DNA of 64,000 nt from Macrostomum lignano (Eukaryota). Shown piece after piece: positions 47,202 through 60,313 of the stretch (the stretch's first letter is position 1; every line of letters begins with the position of its first letter). A program made the translations under genes and the position numbers. Where the stretch lies: NCBI GenBank assembly GCA_002269645.1, contig NIVC01001353.1, positions 124,001 through 188,000 of the forward strand, in the 5' to 3' direction. The notes beneath the pieces were generated by a model that was given only the letters and a program-made list of their open reading frames with translations, searched no databases and was not told where the DNA came from.

Positions 47202-47454
47202 CATACATGCGCAACCTCTGATTTACACTGGCCATGTGACTTACTTTTTGACCAAAAATGCGACTTACCTGCGAAAAAAACCCTAAAGCAAGAATTAATG
47301 CTTTTGGGTAAATGGCAGGAGTAACTCGAGTGTCTTATTAGGGATAAATGCCTCGTCATCTAATTAGTACTGCGTTAATATTTTTCTTGTGGGCATTTTT
47401 GCGACTTACCTTGGCTGGGCCCCTCGCCAGCCAGTCGGTTGTTGCGCATGTGTG
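47202..47454. mobile_element. 253-bp MITE of the CATACATGCGCAAC-TIR family, opposite orientation to 14647-17996
   Basis: TIRs CATACATGCGCAAC / GTTGCGCATGTGTG. ~170 bp homologous to the 17830-17996 end and ~60 bp to the 14647 end. No clean TSD. Confidence 0.85.
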
Positions 47455-47525
47455 TTCATAGTTTAGCTTGCATTTAGTGGTGTTTGCTAATCAAGCTAAT
47501 GAAGTCTCACCACCTTCTTCGCAGA

Positions 47526-50500
47526 ATGAACCGGGCAGGGCAGCAGCAAGTCCAGAAGGAGAGCAGCGGCGCCAATGCGGCTGGCAAGCCGGTCGCGCAG
47601 GCCGTTGAACAGCCAGCGGCGGCTGCCGCCGGCGTGGCCACTGCAGGCGGCGCCGGGAACGGCGGCGGGAGCAACAACAACAACATCGCCGCCGGGGCTG
47701 GCGCGGCCAGCAGCAAGGTGCGCAGGGGCACCCGCGCCGGCCACAAACGGAGGATGGAAGCCACTGCCGGCTCTGCGGCCGCTGGCGGACCAGCTGGACA
47801 GCTGCAGCAGCAACAGCAGCCGGTTCCGCAGCAGCAGCCAAAGCAGCAGCCTGTGCAGAAGCAGACACAGCAGCAACAGGCGCAGCAGCCAAAGCAGCCT
47901 CAGCAGCAACAGCCGCCTAAGCAATCGCAGCAACAGCAACAAACTAATAAGCCAACGAACAAACACCAGCAGCAACAGAAGCCTCAGCAGAAGCAGCAAT
48001 CACAGCAGCAGCCCAAGCAGCTGCAACAGCAGCAGCAAAAGCAACAGCCACAGCAGAAGCAAACGCAGCAGCAGCAGAAGCAAGTTCAGCAGCCGCAAAA
48101 GCGAAGGCAATACTCTCGCGAGCAACTGATGAAGCTGCAGGTGGCGAATCTGTCCAAGCTGTGGCCTCGGGAGCTCAACAGGGCCTTCATTGGCGACGGC
48201 GGCCTGTGGGATCCTGTCAAGCTTTTTGACGGGGACAAGAAAGGCAGCGATACGACCACCAGGTCCAAGATGATCAAAGGCGGTAAGTAGCTGGAAGGTA
48301 GAGCGCTGAAAGTCTGGAGGATAGCGCGAGCGCTGAAGTTCTAAAGTTAGTGGGGCGCTGAAGGACCAGAAGGTAGGGGAGGGGCGCTGAAGGACCAGGT
48401 AGTGGGGGCGCTGAAGGACCAGAAAGTAGTGGGGGCGCTGAAGGACCAGAAGGTAGTGGGGGGCGCTGAAAGACCAGAAGGTTGTGGGGGCGCTGAAGGA
48501 CCAGAAGGTAGTGGGGGCGCTGAAGGACCAGAAGGTAGTGGGGGCGCTGAAGGACCAGAAGGTAGTTGGGGGGCGCTGAAGGACCAGAAGGTAGTGGGGG
48601 GCGCTGAAGGACCAGAAGGTAGTGGGGGCGCTGAAGGACGAGAAGGTAGTGGGGGCGCTGAAGGATCAGAAGGTAGTGGGGGGGGGGGCTGAAGGACCAG
48701 AAGGTAGTGGGGGCGCTGAATGACCAGAAGGTAGTGGGGGGCGCTGAAGGACCAGAAGGTTGTGGGGGCGCTGAAGGACCAGAAGGTAGTGGGGGCGCTG
48801 AAGGACCAGAAGGTAGTGGGGGCGCTGAAGGACCAGAAGGTAGTTGGGGGGGCGCTGAAGGACCAGAAGGTAGTGGGGGGCGCTGAAGGACCAGAAGGTA
48901 GTGGGGGGGGGGCGCTGAAGGACCAGAAGGTAGTGGGGGCGCTGAAGGACCAGAAGGTAGTGGGGGGGACGCTGAAGGACCAGAAGATAGTGGGGGCGCT
49001 GAAGGACCAGAAGGTAGTGGGGGCGCTGAAGGAACAGAAGGTAGTGGGGGGGCGCTGAAGGACCAGAAGGTAGTGGGGGCGCTGAAGGACCAGAAGGTAG
49101 TGGGGGGCGCTGAAGGACCAGAAGGTAGTGGGGGGGGCGCTGAAGGACCAAAAGGTAGTGGGGGGCGCTGAAGGACCAGAAGGTAGTGGGGGCGCTGAAG
49201 GAACAGAAGGTAGTGGGGGGCGCTGAAGGACCAGAAGGTAGTGGGGGCGCTGAAGGACCAGAAGGTAGTGGGGGGGGCGCTGAAGGACCAGAAGGTAGTG
49301 GGGCGCTGAAGGACCAGAAGGTAGTGGGGGTGCTGAAGGACCAGAAGGTAGTGGGGGGGGCGCTGAAGGACCAGAAGGTAGTGGGGGCGCTGAAGGACGA
49401 GAAGGTAGTGGGGGGGCGCTGAAGGACCAAAAGGTAGTGGGGGGGCGCTGAAGGACCAGAAGGTAGTGGGGGGGCGCTGAAGGACCAGAAGGTAGTGGGG
49501 GGCGCTGAAGGACCAGAAGGTAGTGGGGGGGGCGCTGAAGGACCAGAAGGTAGTGGGGGCGCTGAAGGACCAGAAGGTAGTGGGGGCGCTGAAGGACCAG
49601 AAGGTAGTGGGGGGGGCGCTGAAGGACCAGAAGGTAGTGGGGGCGCTGAAGGACCAGAAGGTTGTGGGGGCGCTAAAGGACCAGAAGGTTGTTGGGGCGC
49701 TGAAGGACCAGAAGGTAGTGGGGGCGCTGAAGGACCAGAAGGTAGTGGGGGCGCTGAAGGACCAGAAGGTAGTGGGGCGCTGAAGGACCAGAAGGTAGTG
49801 GGGGCGCTGAAGGACCAGAAGGTAGTGGGGGCGCTGAAGGACCAGAAGGTTGTTGGGGCGCTGAAGGACCAGAAGGTAGTGGGGGCGCTGAAGGACCAGA
49901 AGGTAGTGGGGGGGGGCGCTGAAGGACCAGAAGGTAGTGGGGGCGCTGAAGGACCAGAAGGTTGTTGGGGCGCTGAAGGACCAGAAGGTAGTGGGGGCGC
50001 TGAAGGACCAGAAGGTAGTGGGGGGGCGCTGAAGGACCAGAAGGTAGTGGGGGGGGGCGCTGAAGGACCAAAAGGTAGTGGGGGCGCTGAAGGACCAGAA
50101 GGTTGTGGGGGCGCTGAAGGATCAGAAGGTAGTGGGGGGGGGCGCTGAAGGACCAGAAGGTTGTTGGGGCGCTGAAGGACCAGAAGGTAGTGGGGACGCT
50201 GAAGGACCAGAAGGTAGTGGGGGCGCTGAAGGACCAGAAGGTAGTGGGGGCGCTGAAGGACCAGAAGGTAGTGGGGGCGCTGAAGGACCAGAAGGTTGTT
50301 GGGGCGCTGAAGGACCAGAAGGTAGTGGGGGCGCTGAAGGACCAGAAGGTAGTGGGGGGGGCGCTGAAGGACCAAAGGTAGGGGGGGGGCGCTGAAGGAC
50401 CAGAAGGTTGTGGGGGCGCTGAAGGATCAGAAGGTAGTGGGGGGGGGCGCTAAAGGACCAGAAGGTAGTGGGGGCGCTGAAGGACCAGAAGGTAGTGGGG

Positions 50501-53500
50501 GGCGCTGAAGGACCAGAAGGTTGTTGGGGCGCTGAAGGAACGGAAGGTAGTGGGTGCGCTAAAGCTCTGGAGGTATTGGGGGGGGGGGCGCGCTGAAGCT
50601 CTGGAGGTATTGGGGGGGTGCGCTGAAGCTCTGAAGGTATTGGGGGGGGTGGCGCTGAAGCTCTGAAGGTAGTGGGGGCGCTGAAGGACCGGAAAGTAGC
50701 GAGGGGCGCTAAAGGATCTTAAACATAAGAAGTAGAATAACTAAAGTAAGAGGTAAAAATTGGCAACTTCACCGCTACAGACCGCGGCAAGGACGACGGC
50801 ATCGTGCTGGGTCCGCAGAAGCGCACCTGGGGACTGGGTTGCAATCCTCACCGTGCCAAGACTGCTGCTGAGGCCGATGGTAGTCGCGAACGCGGCGACT
50901 CCGACCACTCGGCGGCTTCCACCCCGACGCCGATGTCGGAAACGGCGTCGGCAACGTCCGCAGCCAATGCCGCTGCTACGGCTGCGGCTTCGACAGCAGC
51001 GGCAGCGGCAGCGGCAGCAGCGGCGTCGGCGTCAGCTTCAGGCAAGCCGAGCCGCCGTATCGAGCGGCCGGCGCGCTTCCCCGCCAGCGCCGGGCAGTGG
51101 GAGCGAAGCCAACGGCCTCGGGAGATCGTGCCCCAGCAGCAGCAGTCGGTACAGCGCGGCGGCGGCGGCTCCTACTATAACGACAGCGAAACCCCTGCTT
51201 GGTTTGATGAGGGCCCGCTGGATAAGCTCGAGAAGCTGGAGCTCACCGGCCTGCCCGAGGAGTCGGCGCCGAGGCGAGCCCCGCGCCCGCAGCCCGCGGC
51301 TCCGGCGGCCAAGCCTGAGCCAGCCGAGTCAGCGGCCCCGGCCGCGGCTGCAGCAACCGCCTCGTCGGCAGCGACAACGGCAACAACTTCGGCGAAGTCC
51401 GCGGAGACGGCCAAATCAGTGGCGAAGGAGCCTCCGGCAGCTTCAACAGCTGTTAAATCGCAGGCGCCAGCGCCGCCGCCGCCGCCGCCACCGCCCTCCC
51501 AGCCAGCGTCGAAAGCTGAGAAGTCGGCCTCAGCCGACTCTGCTTTCCCCCCACCGCTGGATTTTGACCTGTCCGACCTCCTGATGCCGGTGCTGGCGGA
51601 GGCCGACGAGCAGCCAGTTGTTGCCGCACCCTCCCGCATGTCGAAGTGGCTCAGCGCCGACTCTGGCGACGCCGCTCCCCCACCAATGAGGCCGCCGACT
51701 GCCCAGGTTCCGGCAACCGCCGCTGCCGCTCCGGCGCCGAAACCGGCTTCTGCGCCAGCTAAGAAGCCGGCGCCAAGCGCTGATGTTGTGCAACTGCAGC
51801 AGATGCTGCTGAAGGATCTGCGCATCGGTCAGCAGAACAAACCTCAGCCTCAGCAACAGCCCCAGCCTCCTCAGCCTCTTCTGCCTCAGCCTCAGCAGCA
51901 GCCCCAGCAGCCTGCAGCTCAGTCAGCTGCGCCAAATCGCCAGTTGGACGCTCGAGAAGTTGAAGCCAACATCAAGTCGCTGCTGTTTGGTAGCCTAAAA
52001 GCTGGCGGCGGGGCCGCTGCCACCCCAGCACCCGCCGTCGTCAGCGCCGCCGCCGCTCCTGTCGCTCCGTCCGCCACCCCGGCCCAGCTGCAGCCGCAGC
52101 AGCCGCGCCCGTTGCAGCCTCAGCAGTCGCAGCAGCGTCCGCAGGTTCTCCAGGCCAGGACCCTGGAGGAAATTGAAGGCTCCCTGGCTGGCGGTCACGG
52201 CGCCCCGGCTCCACCAGTGCAGCCTCCCGCCGGGCTGCGCGCTCTGACGTCTGGTGCTGCTGGGGCTTCGAATTCATCGGGTGACAGCGGCCAGGCGGCC
52301 ATTCAGAAGCTGCTCAGTCAGCTGGCTGTACAGCAGCCTCAGCGTCAGCAGCAACAGCCACAGCAGCCGACACAGCAGCAGCAGCAGCAGCAGCTTCTAC
52401 GACAGCAGCTGTTCCAGCAGCAGCAGCCGATGTCAATGGCTCTGTCATCATCGGCTACCGGCACGGCAGGGGTGCAGTCCGCGCCTCGCGGCGTCCACGC
52501 GCTCCGGCCGCAGAGTCTCCTGACTCCTCAGCAGCAGCAACAGCAACAGCAGATGCCCCTGATGCAGCTGCAGCAGCTGCAGACAGCCTTGGCTATGCAA
52601 ATGAAGGCCCAGTTGATGCAGCCACAGCAGCTGCAGGCTGGAAACTTTCTGCCGCAGGTGAATAATTTGATGTGTGCCGCCACTATCAGTATTCCAATCC
52701 TTTGATGTGTGCCGCCACTATCAGCATTCAAATTCTTTGATGTGTGCCGCCATTATAAACATTCCAATCCTCTATTGTGTGCCGCCACTATCAGAATTCC
52801 AATCCTTTGATGTGTGCCGCCATTATAAACATTCCAATCCTCTATTGTGTGCCGGCACTATCAGAATTCCAATCCTTTGATGTGTGCCGCCACTATCAGC
52901 ATTCCAATTCTTTGATGTGCCGCCACTATCAGAATTCCAATCCTTTGATGTGTGCCGCCACTATCAGCATTCCAATTCTTTGATGTGTGCCGCCACTATC
53001 AGAATTCCAATCCTCTGTTGTGTGCCGCCACAATCAGCATTCCAATTCTTTGATGTGTGCCGCCACTATCAGCATTCTAATCCTTTGATGTGTGCCGCCA
53101 CTATCAGCATTCTAATCCTCTGCTGTGTGCCGCCACTATCAGCATTCTAATGCTTTTATGTGTGCCGCCACTATCAGCATTCTAATCCTTTGATGTGTGC
53201 CGCCACTATCAGCATTCCAATCCTTTGATGTGTGTCGCCACTATCAGCATTCCAATTCTCTGCTGTGTGCCGCCACTATCAGCATTCTAATCCTTTGATG
53301 TGTGCCGCCACTATCAGAATTCCAATCCTTTGATGTGTGCCGCCACTATCAGCATTCCAATCCTTTTTTGTGTGTATATTAATAAATTTCGAGCCTCGCA
53401 ATTTAGATTTAAATCAGATATGAGTCAGTGCAACAAACTCTCGAATTTTCAGGCATTTCGTTGGTATAGAGCCGTGGTAGGTATCCGTTATAATTGACAA

Positions 53501-54928
53501 TAAAATGTTTTATTTTGTTCAATTTAAAGTTCGCCGTTCTCCCCGCGCTTTTGTAGTTTTTCAGTTTTTTAAAGTTGACAAAATGACAGTGTGTTTTCTG
53601 TTAGAGGCGACTGCCTCAATCAGGGACACTAACGTTCTTGTTTAAAGGCTACTGTAGCAGGAAGGTTGAATGACATTCCAGACACATTGCTTCATCAATA
53701 GCATTAGTTTTATATTGAAATGCATAAGCCTGACCTTCAACTCTTGCATGCCTAAAGCACTCGTTCTCTCTCAATCTGATAATTCATTGACTGGTTCGCA
53801 CTCCGTCTTCACGCGCAGAACAACGCTGTGCAAGGCAGCCGCATCATCAGCCAGCAGCAGCAGTTGCAGCAGCAGCTTCAGCAGCAGCAGCACCAGCCCA
53901 TGTTCAGCCCCGGACATTCGGCTGCCAGCTCTGACTCCGCTGTAATCGACGGCGCCAAACCCTGGGACCCGGTGCAGCCGATGTCTCGCAGGCCTATCAC
54001 TAAGAGTGTGAGTCATTTATTGTCGACAGATGTCACTCCTCTCGGTCGTATTACTCTTTGCTGTGCACTTCTGTTCTTGTCACTCCCTCCTGTCACTCCC
54101 GTCACTCCCTCCTGTCACTCCCGTCACTCCCTCCTGTCACTCCCGTCACTCCCTCCTGTCACTCCCTCCTGTCACTCCCGTCACTCCCTCCTGTCACTCC
54201 CTCCTGTCACTCCCGTCACTCCCTCCTGTCACTCCTTCCTATCACTCCCGTCACTCCTGTCACTCCCGTCACTCCCTCCTGTCACTCCCGTCACTCCCTC
54301 CTGTCACTCCCGTCACTCCTGTAACTCCCTCCCGTCACTCGTCGTCGTCACTCCCTCCTGTCACTCCACCCCGTCTCGTCGCACTCCCCATCTGCTGTGG
54401 TTCCTCATCATTTCAATTGGTTTCCCAGCCAGCAGCTTGGCATCCAGCTCGGCAACCGCTGATTCCCCCTCCTCATCCCCGCTACTCCAACTGCAGGGCT
54501 TCACTGGCGGCCCTCAGCAGCCGCAGCAGCCGCTGCCGCATGCTCTTCTTCCCGCCGCCAGCAGTGGAAGCGTCGGCGGCTTGCGCCCTGCCCAGCAGCT
54601 CCCGCAGAACTGGCCGCCCGCCAGTGCCGCCGGCGCGCCCAGCAGCTCTCAGCAGTTCTCAATATCCTCCTGGAATTCCGCCAGCTCCGCCGGCGTTCCC
54701 AGCAGCTCTCAGCACTTCTCAATATCCTCCTGGAATTCCGCCAGCGCCGGCGGCGGCATCAGGATTGCTCCGCCATCTGCAACCGCCGGCTGGGGCGTCA
54801 TCGGCCAGGGCGGTGGTGTCGGCGGCATTGTCGCGACCTCGTCGCCACAGACGTCAACCGCCGGCCGCCTGCCGCCGGAGTCGCTGGCGCCCGGCAGCGA
54901 TCGGCGCCAGGCCAAGGCGGCCGACTGA
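47526..54928 (+). CDS. EIF4ENIF1: eIF4E transporter (4E-T / Cup-like) homolog, 4 exons, ~1084 aa, polyQ-rich
   Basis: Exons 47526-48282, 50781-52657, 53819-54007, 54497-54928 (phases 1,0,0). YSREQLM (YxxxxL-phi), [17 protein letters not shown] (4E-T LSPQRRSFGGGC), [15 protein letters not shown] (Cup-homology EEPEWF..GP..IELTGF), SRMSKW. Confidence 0.85.
48350..50700. repeat. ~27-31-nt minisatellite (GCTGAAGGACCAGAAGGTAGT-Gn-C) filling 4E-T intron 1
   Basis: About 80 copies with a variable G-run. Confidence 0.97.
52665..53370. repeat. ~35-nt minisatellite (TGATGTGTGCCGCCACTATCAGCATTCCAATCCTT), 4E-T intron 2
   Basis: About 20 copies starting ~8 nt after the donor. Confidence 0.97.
54070..54365. 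repeat. 9/13-nt array (GTCACTCCC / GTCACTCCCTCCT), 4E-T intron 3
   Basis: Read directly. Confidence 0.93.
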
Positions 54929-55139
54929 CTTTGCGTCGGCTCCTCTTGACACTGCCGGCTGCCTGCCGAAGATTGTGCCGCTACTTTTTGCGCTACCGCA
55001 ACCAGCGTGCGATGGTTCCGTTTCTATGGCGCGGCCCCGTGTGTTTCTATGCCCGACATCCCCGTCTGTTCTGGCGTTCTGAGCAGCAGCAATTTGCGCT
55101 GGCACGTCGGCTTGCAGTGTTGCTGTCTCACTAATGCTC

Positions 55140-55600
55140 TGCTGATCTGTGTGTCACTCTCCACTCATCTGTGTGTCACTCTCCCATCTCTGTGTCACAC
55201 TACCATGGTGTGTGTATGACTCTCTGATCTGTGTGTGTCACTCTCCCCTCATCTCTGTGTGTCACACTCTACCATTGTGTGTGTATGACTCTCTGATCTG
55301 TGTGTGTCACTCTCCCCTCATCTCTGTGTGTCACACTCTACCATTGTGTGTGTATGACTCTCTGATCTGTGTGTGTCACTCTCCCCTCATCTCTGTGTGT
55401 CACTCTCCCCTCATCTCTGTGTGTCACTCTCCCCTCATCTCTGTGTGTCACTCTCCCCTCATCTCTGTGTGTCACACTCTACCATTGTGTGTGTATGACT
55501 CTCTTATCTGTGTGTGTCACTCTCCCCTCATCTGTGTCACTCTCTCTCTCTTTCTCTCTCTCTCTCTCATGATCTATGCAAGTGTATCACTCTCTCTGCT

Positions 55601-55671
<71 letters not shown>

Positions 55672-56030
55672 GTCTGATGATCTATGCAAGTGTGTCACTC
55701 TCTCTGATGATCTATGCAAGTGTGTCACTCTCTCTGATGATCTATGCAAATGTGTCACTCTCTCTGATGATCTATGCAAATGTGTCACTCTCTCTGATGA
55801 TCTATGCAAGTGTGTCACTCTCTCTGATGATCTATGCAAGTGTGTCACTCTCTCTCTGATGATCTATGCAAATGTGTCACTCTCTCTGATGATCTATGCA
55901 AATGTGTCACTCTCTCTGATGATCTATGCAAGTGTGTCACTCTCTCTCTGATGATCTATGCAAATGTGTCACTCTCTCTGATGATCTATGCAAATGTGTC
56001 ACTCTCTCTGATGATCTACGCAAGTGTGTC
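55140..56030. repeat. Compound array: TGTCACTCTC-core units, (TC)n, and 30/32-nt GATGATCTATGCAAGTGTGTCACTCTCTCT units
   Basis: Read directly. Confidence 0.93.
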
Positions 56031-57399
56031 TTGGTCAAGGTCGCTCAAGGTCTTGGTTTGAGTATTTGGACTCCCATCTGCTCAGTTCTTCATCATCCCT
56101 TCCCGCATCGATTTTGCAAGCCAACAAACTTTCTGACATTTCTGAGCCCGTGCGCACGGCGCGGGATGATTCTCTTCTTTTTCAAATCAAATTGCTGGCT
56201 TCATTTGAGGAATCTTTTTCGGCGGTAAGATCAGCAAAAGTCGGTTTAGTAATCTACTGTTAGTAGGAGGGTTCGCGCGTGTTCTTCCGTCTTGTTGACT
56301 GTTTTTGAGCAGTTGTAGGTCAATAATAACAATAATAATAATACTGATCTGTAATACGGTTATTCACCTGTTTCGGCGTGTGCTCGCCTGCTTGTCTGAT
56401 AAAGTACATTTCGGACTGTCGTTTCGCTTATTCATTGAACTCAACTCGCATAGCAATCCGCCCCTAACAGTTATGTTAGCCTTGCATCAGATCTGGGGGT
56501 GTTTTTAAAGTGCACGTTTTTTCTTAGAAACCAGCTGTTTTGGAATCGAAAATCCGCTTCTTGTTGGTAATAGTAGTAAGGCTTGAGAAAAAAGTCATTC
56601 CATTTTGTTCGTGGCACTTTAAAAACTCCTTTAGCTGGTGTGCGCTGATCGAATCTACTTCGTATGTACTTCTCTATTATCCTCATTTTTTGTCTCCCCA
56701 CTGCCTTTTCCGGCCTTACTAATTATTTTATTTAAATCAAATTCTCATTAAGCTCCCGCTGGAACTCTCTGCTATTCCCCCCTGGCAATTCCTCTTCTCG
56801 TGTACAGAAAGAAGCAACAGTTCCAGATTAGAAGAACACTGCGAGTTCTGTCTGCTTTTTTTCCTGGGCAAAATTTGCAGAAAAAAAGTACGCCATCGCC
56901 CGAGCTGCATTTATTTCCCCTGTCACTCACCGGTCCGCGGTCAGCCCCTGTCATTTTTCCGGTGTCCCGGATTTGTCATCTAATTTCTTAAATATTTAAT
57001 CAGCGTTTTGCTTGCGCCAAGAGCCGCCTGTTTGCGCTTGTTGGGTGGTCAACTATTTTGTAAGCCATATCTACATATAATTAATAATAATAATATTAAG
57101 ATCGTTTTTCCCAATTTTGAAAACAAAGCCGACTAGCTGACTTGCTAAATAAACACGACGGAAGCCATTAGGGTCCGGGGTCTACATAAATAACTGTTTT
57201 TCTAAGGCAGTTTTTCAATTTAACAAAACTCTACTCTGATTTGTTCAAATCGAATTTGCTAATTTTTAGCGGAAAATCTGGAGAATTCAAATCTGTCTGT
57301 AGATCGATGGTGTTTTTCTGAGATCTATCTGTAGATTTTTGTTGACTTGAGATTGGCCAGGGCCTGTACATGTAGATCAATAGTGCTTATCTGTTTGTG

Positions 57400-59525
57400 G
57401 ATGCCAAGATTAATAGATCAGTCGGTAGATCAGTCAAGATTTATGGATCAATCTGTAGATCCGTCAAAATTAATAGATCAATCTGCAGATCCGTCAAGAT
57501 TAATAGATCAATCTGTAGATCCGTCAAAATTAATAGATCAGTCAAGATTTATGGATCAATCTGTAGATCCGTCAAAATTAATAGATCAGTCAAGATTTAT
57601 GGATCAATCTGTAGATCCGTCAAAATTAATAGATCAGTCAAGATTAATAGATCAATCTGTAGATCAGTCAAAATTAATAGATCAATCTGTAGATCCGTCA
57701 AAATTAATAGATCAATCTGTAGATCAGTCAAGATTAATAGATCAATCTGTAGATCCATCAAAATTAATAGATCAATCTGTAGATCAGTCAAGATTAATAG
57801 ATCAATCTGTAGATCAGTCAAGATTAATAGATCAATCTGTAGATCAGTCAAGATTAACAGATCAATCTGTAGATCAGTTAAGATTAATAGATCAATCTGT
57901 AGATCAGTCAAGATTAATAGATCAATCTGTAGATCAGTCAAAATTAATAGATCAATCTGTAGATCAGTCAAGATTAATAAATCAATCTGTAGATCAGTCA
58001 ATATTAATAGATCAATCTGTAGATCAGTCAAGATTAATAGATCAATCTGTAGATCAGTCAAGATTAATAGATCAATCTGTAGATCAGTCAAGATTTATGG
58101 GTCAGTCTGTAGATCAGTTAATATTAATAGATCAATCTGTAGATCAGTCAAGATTAATATTGCAATAAATCAATCTGTAGATCAGTCAAGATTAATAGAT
58201 CAATCTGTAGATCAGTCAAGATTAATAGATCAATCTGTAGATCAGTCAAGATTAATAGATCAATCTGTAGATCAGTCAAGATTAATAAATCAATCTGTAG
58301 ATCAGTCAAAATTACATGTAATAGATCAATCTGTAGATCAGTCAAGATTAATAGATCAATCTGTAGATCAGTCAAGATTAATAGATCAATCTGTAGATCA
58401 GTCAAGATTAATAGATCAATCTGTAGATCAGTCAAGATTAATAGATCAATCTGTAGATCAGTCAAGATTAATAGATCAATCTGTAGATCAGTCAAGATTA
58501 ATAGATCAATCTGTAGATCAGTCAAGATTAATAGATCAATCTGTAGATCAGCCAAGATTAATAGATCAATCTGTAGAACAGTCAAGATTAATAGATCAAT
58601 CTGTAGATCAGTCAAGATTAATAGATCAATCTGTAGATCAGTCAAGATTAATAGATCAATCTGTAGATCAGTCAAGATTAATAGATCAATCTGTAGATCA
58701 GTCAAAATTAATAGATCAATCTGTAGATCAGTCAAGATTAATAGATCAATCTGTAGATCAGTCAAGATTAATAGATCAATCTGTAGATCAGTCAAGATTA
58801 ATAGATCAATCTGTAGATCAGTCAAGATTAATAGATCAATCTGTAGATCAGTCAAGATTAATAGATCAATCTGTAGATCAGTCAAGATTAATAGATCAAT
58901 CTGTGGATCAGTCAAAATTAATAGATCAATCTGTAGATCCGTCAAGATTAATAGATCAATCTGTAGATCAGTCAAAATTAATAGATCAATCTGTAGATCC
59001 GTCAAGATTAATAGATCAATCTGTAGATCAGTCACGATTAATAGATCAATCTGTAGATCCGTCAAAATTAATAATAGATCAGTCGGTAGATCATTCAAGA
59101 TTTATGGGTCAGTCTGTAGATCAGTTAATATTAATAGATCAATCTGTAGATCAGTCAAGATTAATATTGCAATAAATCAATCTGTAGATCAGTCAAGATT
59201 AATAGATCAATCTGTAGATCAGTCAAGATTAATAGATCAATCTGTAGATCAGTCAAGATTAATAGATCAATCTGTAGATCAGTCAAAATTAATAGATCAA
59301 TCTGTAGATCAGTCAAGATTAATAGATCAATCTGTAGATCAGTCAAGATTAATAGATCAATCTGTAGATCAGTTAAGATTAATAGATCAATCTGTAGATC
59401 AGTCAAAATTAATAGATCAATCTGTAGATCCGTCAAAATTAATAATAGATCAGTCGGTAGATCAGTCAAGATTTATGGATCAGTCTGTAGATCAGTTAAT
59501 ATTAATAGATCAATCTGTAGATCAG
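57400..59525. repeat. 30-nt minisatellite (ATTAATAGATCAATCTGTAGATCAGTCAAG) with higher-order duplication
   Basis: About 70 copies. A landmark variant recurs at 58092, 59099 and 59470. Confidence 0.97.
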
Positions 59526-60313
59526 CTCAGACTTGGATATCGCATCCACCATGAAGGCAAATGCTTGTGACCTGCGCGTACAATTAATATGAATAAGCAT
59601 TCTCACAATACAGCTCCAAGCGCAATGGCTTGGTCATTGCGGATTGCAGATATAGCAGACCTATAGGCTATAGCAGAACAAGCAAGCGCGGAAGCAACAA
59701 TTGCATAAACTCAGACTGCTCAGCGCACTCGCACTGCCGCGTACACACGCGAGAGTAGGCAGCGTAGGTTGCCAGGCCAGGGGAGAAAAAGCAGCTGCTG
59801 AAACTGCATTCGAGATATCGATCAGCACTGGGTGATCGGAACCGCTTCGTGCTTCCTTTTCGTAGGGGGGGGGGTGCAGGGACTTCTAAGTGCCTGTGGA
59901 CTGGAAGCCGGGATAAACAACAAGGGATCCTAAAATTCAACTATTTTGGATTAAAATAAGATTTTTCCAATTCTATCTGACAGAAGATATCTGCCATCTT
60001 AAATTACATTACATTATATCAGGGGAATTTATTTAGCTCCACTTCAGATCTGGTTTACTTACTATCTTTGCCGGTCTTCGAGTCCACCGGTGCTAATTCT
60101 AGGAGTCCCTGCATGGCAGGGGTGGGCGCGTGGGTGAGGATTTTCCCCCCAGAAGGAATTCCAGAAAGCTTCTGAAGAGAAGCGGCTCTCCTCGAGAGTT
60201 TGAGCCGTCAGCCGCGGTACAAAAAGCCTCTCGGGTCTCCCCCACTGCGCCAACTCGAGACCGGCGGGACCTCTGCACAGATCGCCCAGTCCACAGCCGA
60301 GTCGAAGAAGGCC

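Noticed and set aside
48402-50395. Collagen- or mucin-like ORFs ([16 protein letters not shown])
   Set aside because: Intron 1 array. G-run length changes shift frames constantly, and the flanking exons splice in phase around it.
57347-59469. 592-aa and 314-aa ORFs (DQSRLIDQSV, LTDLQIDLL)
   Set aside because: Stop-free 30-nt array open in several frames, with no unique coding flanks.
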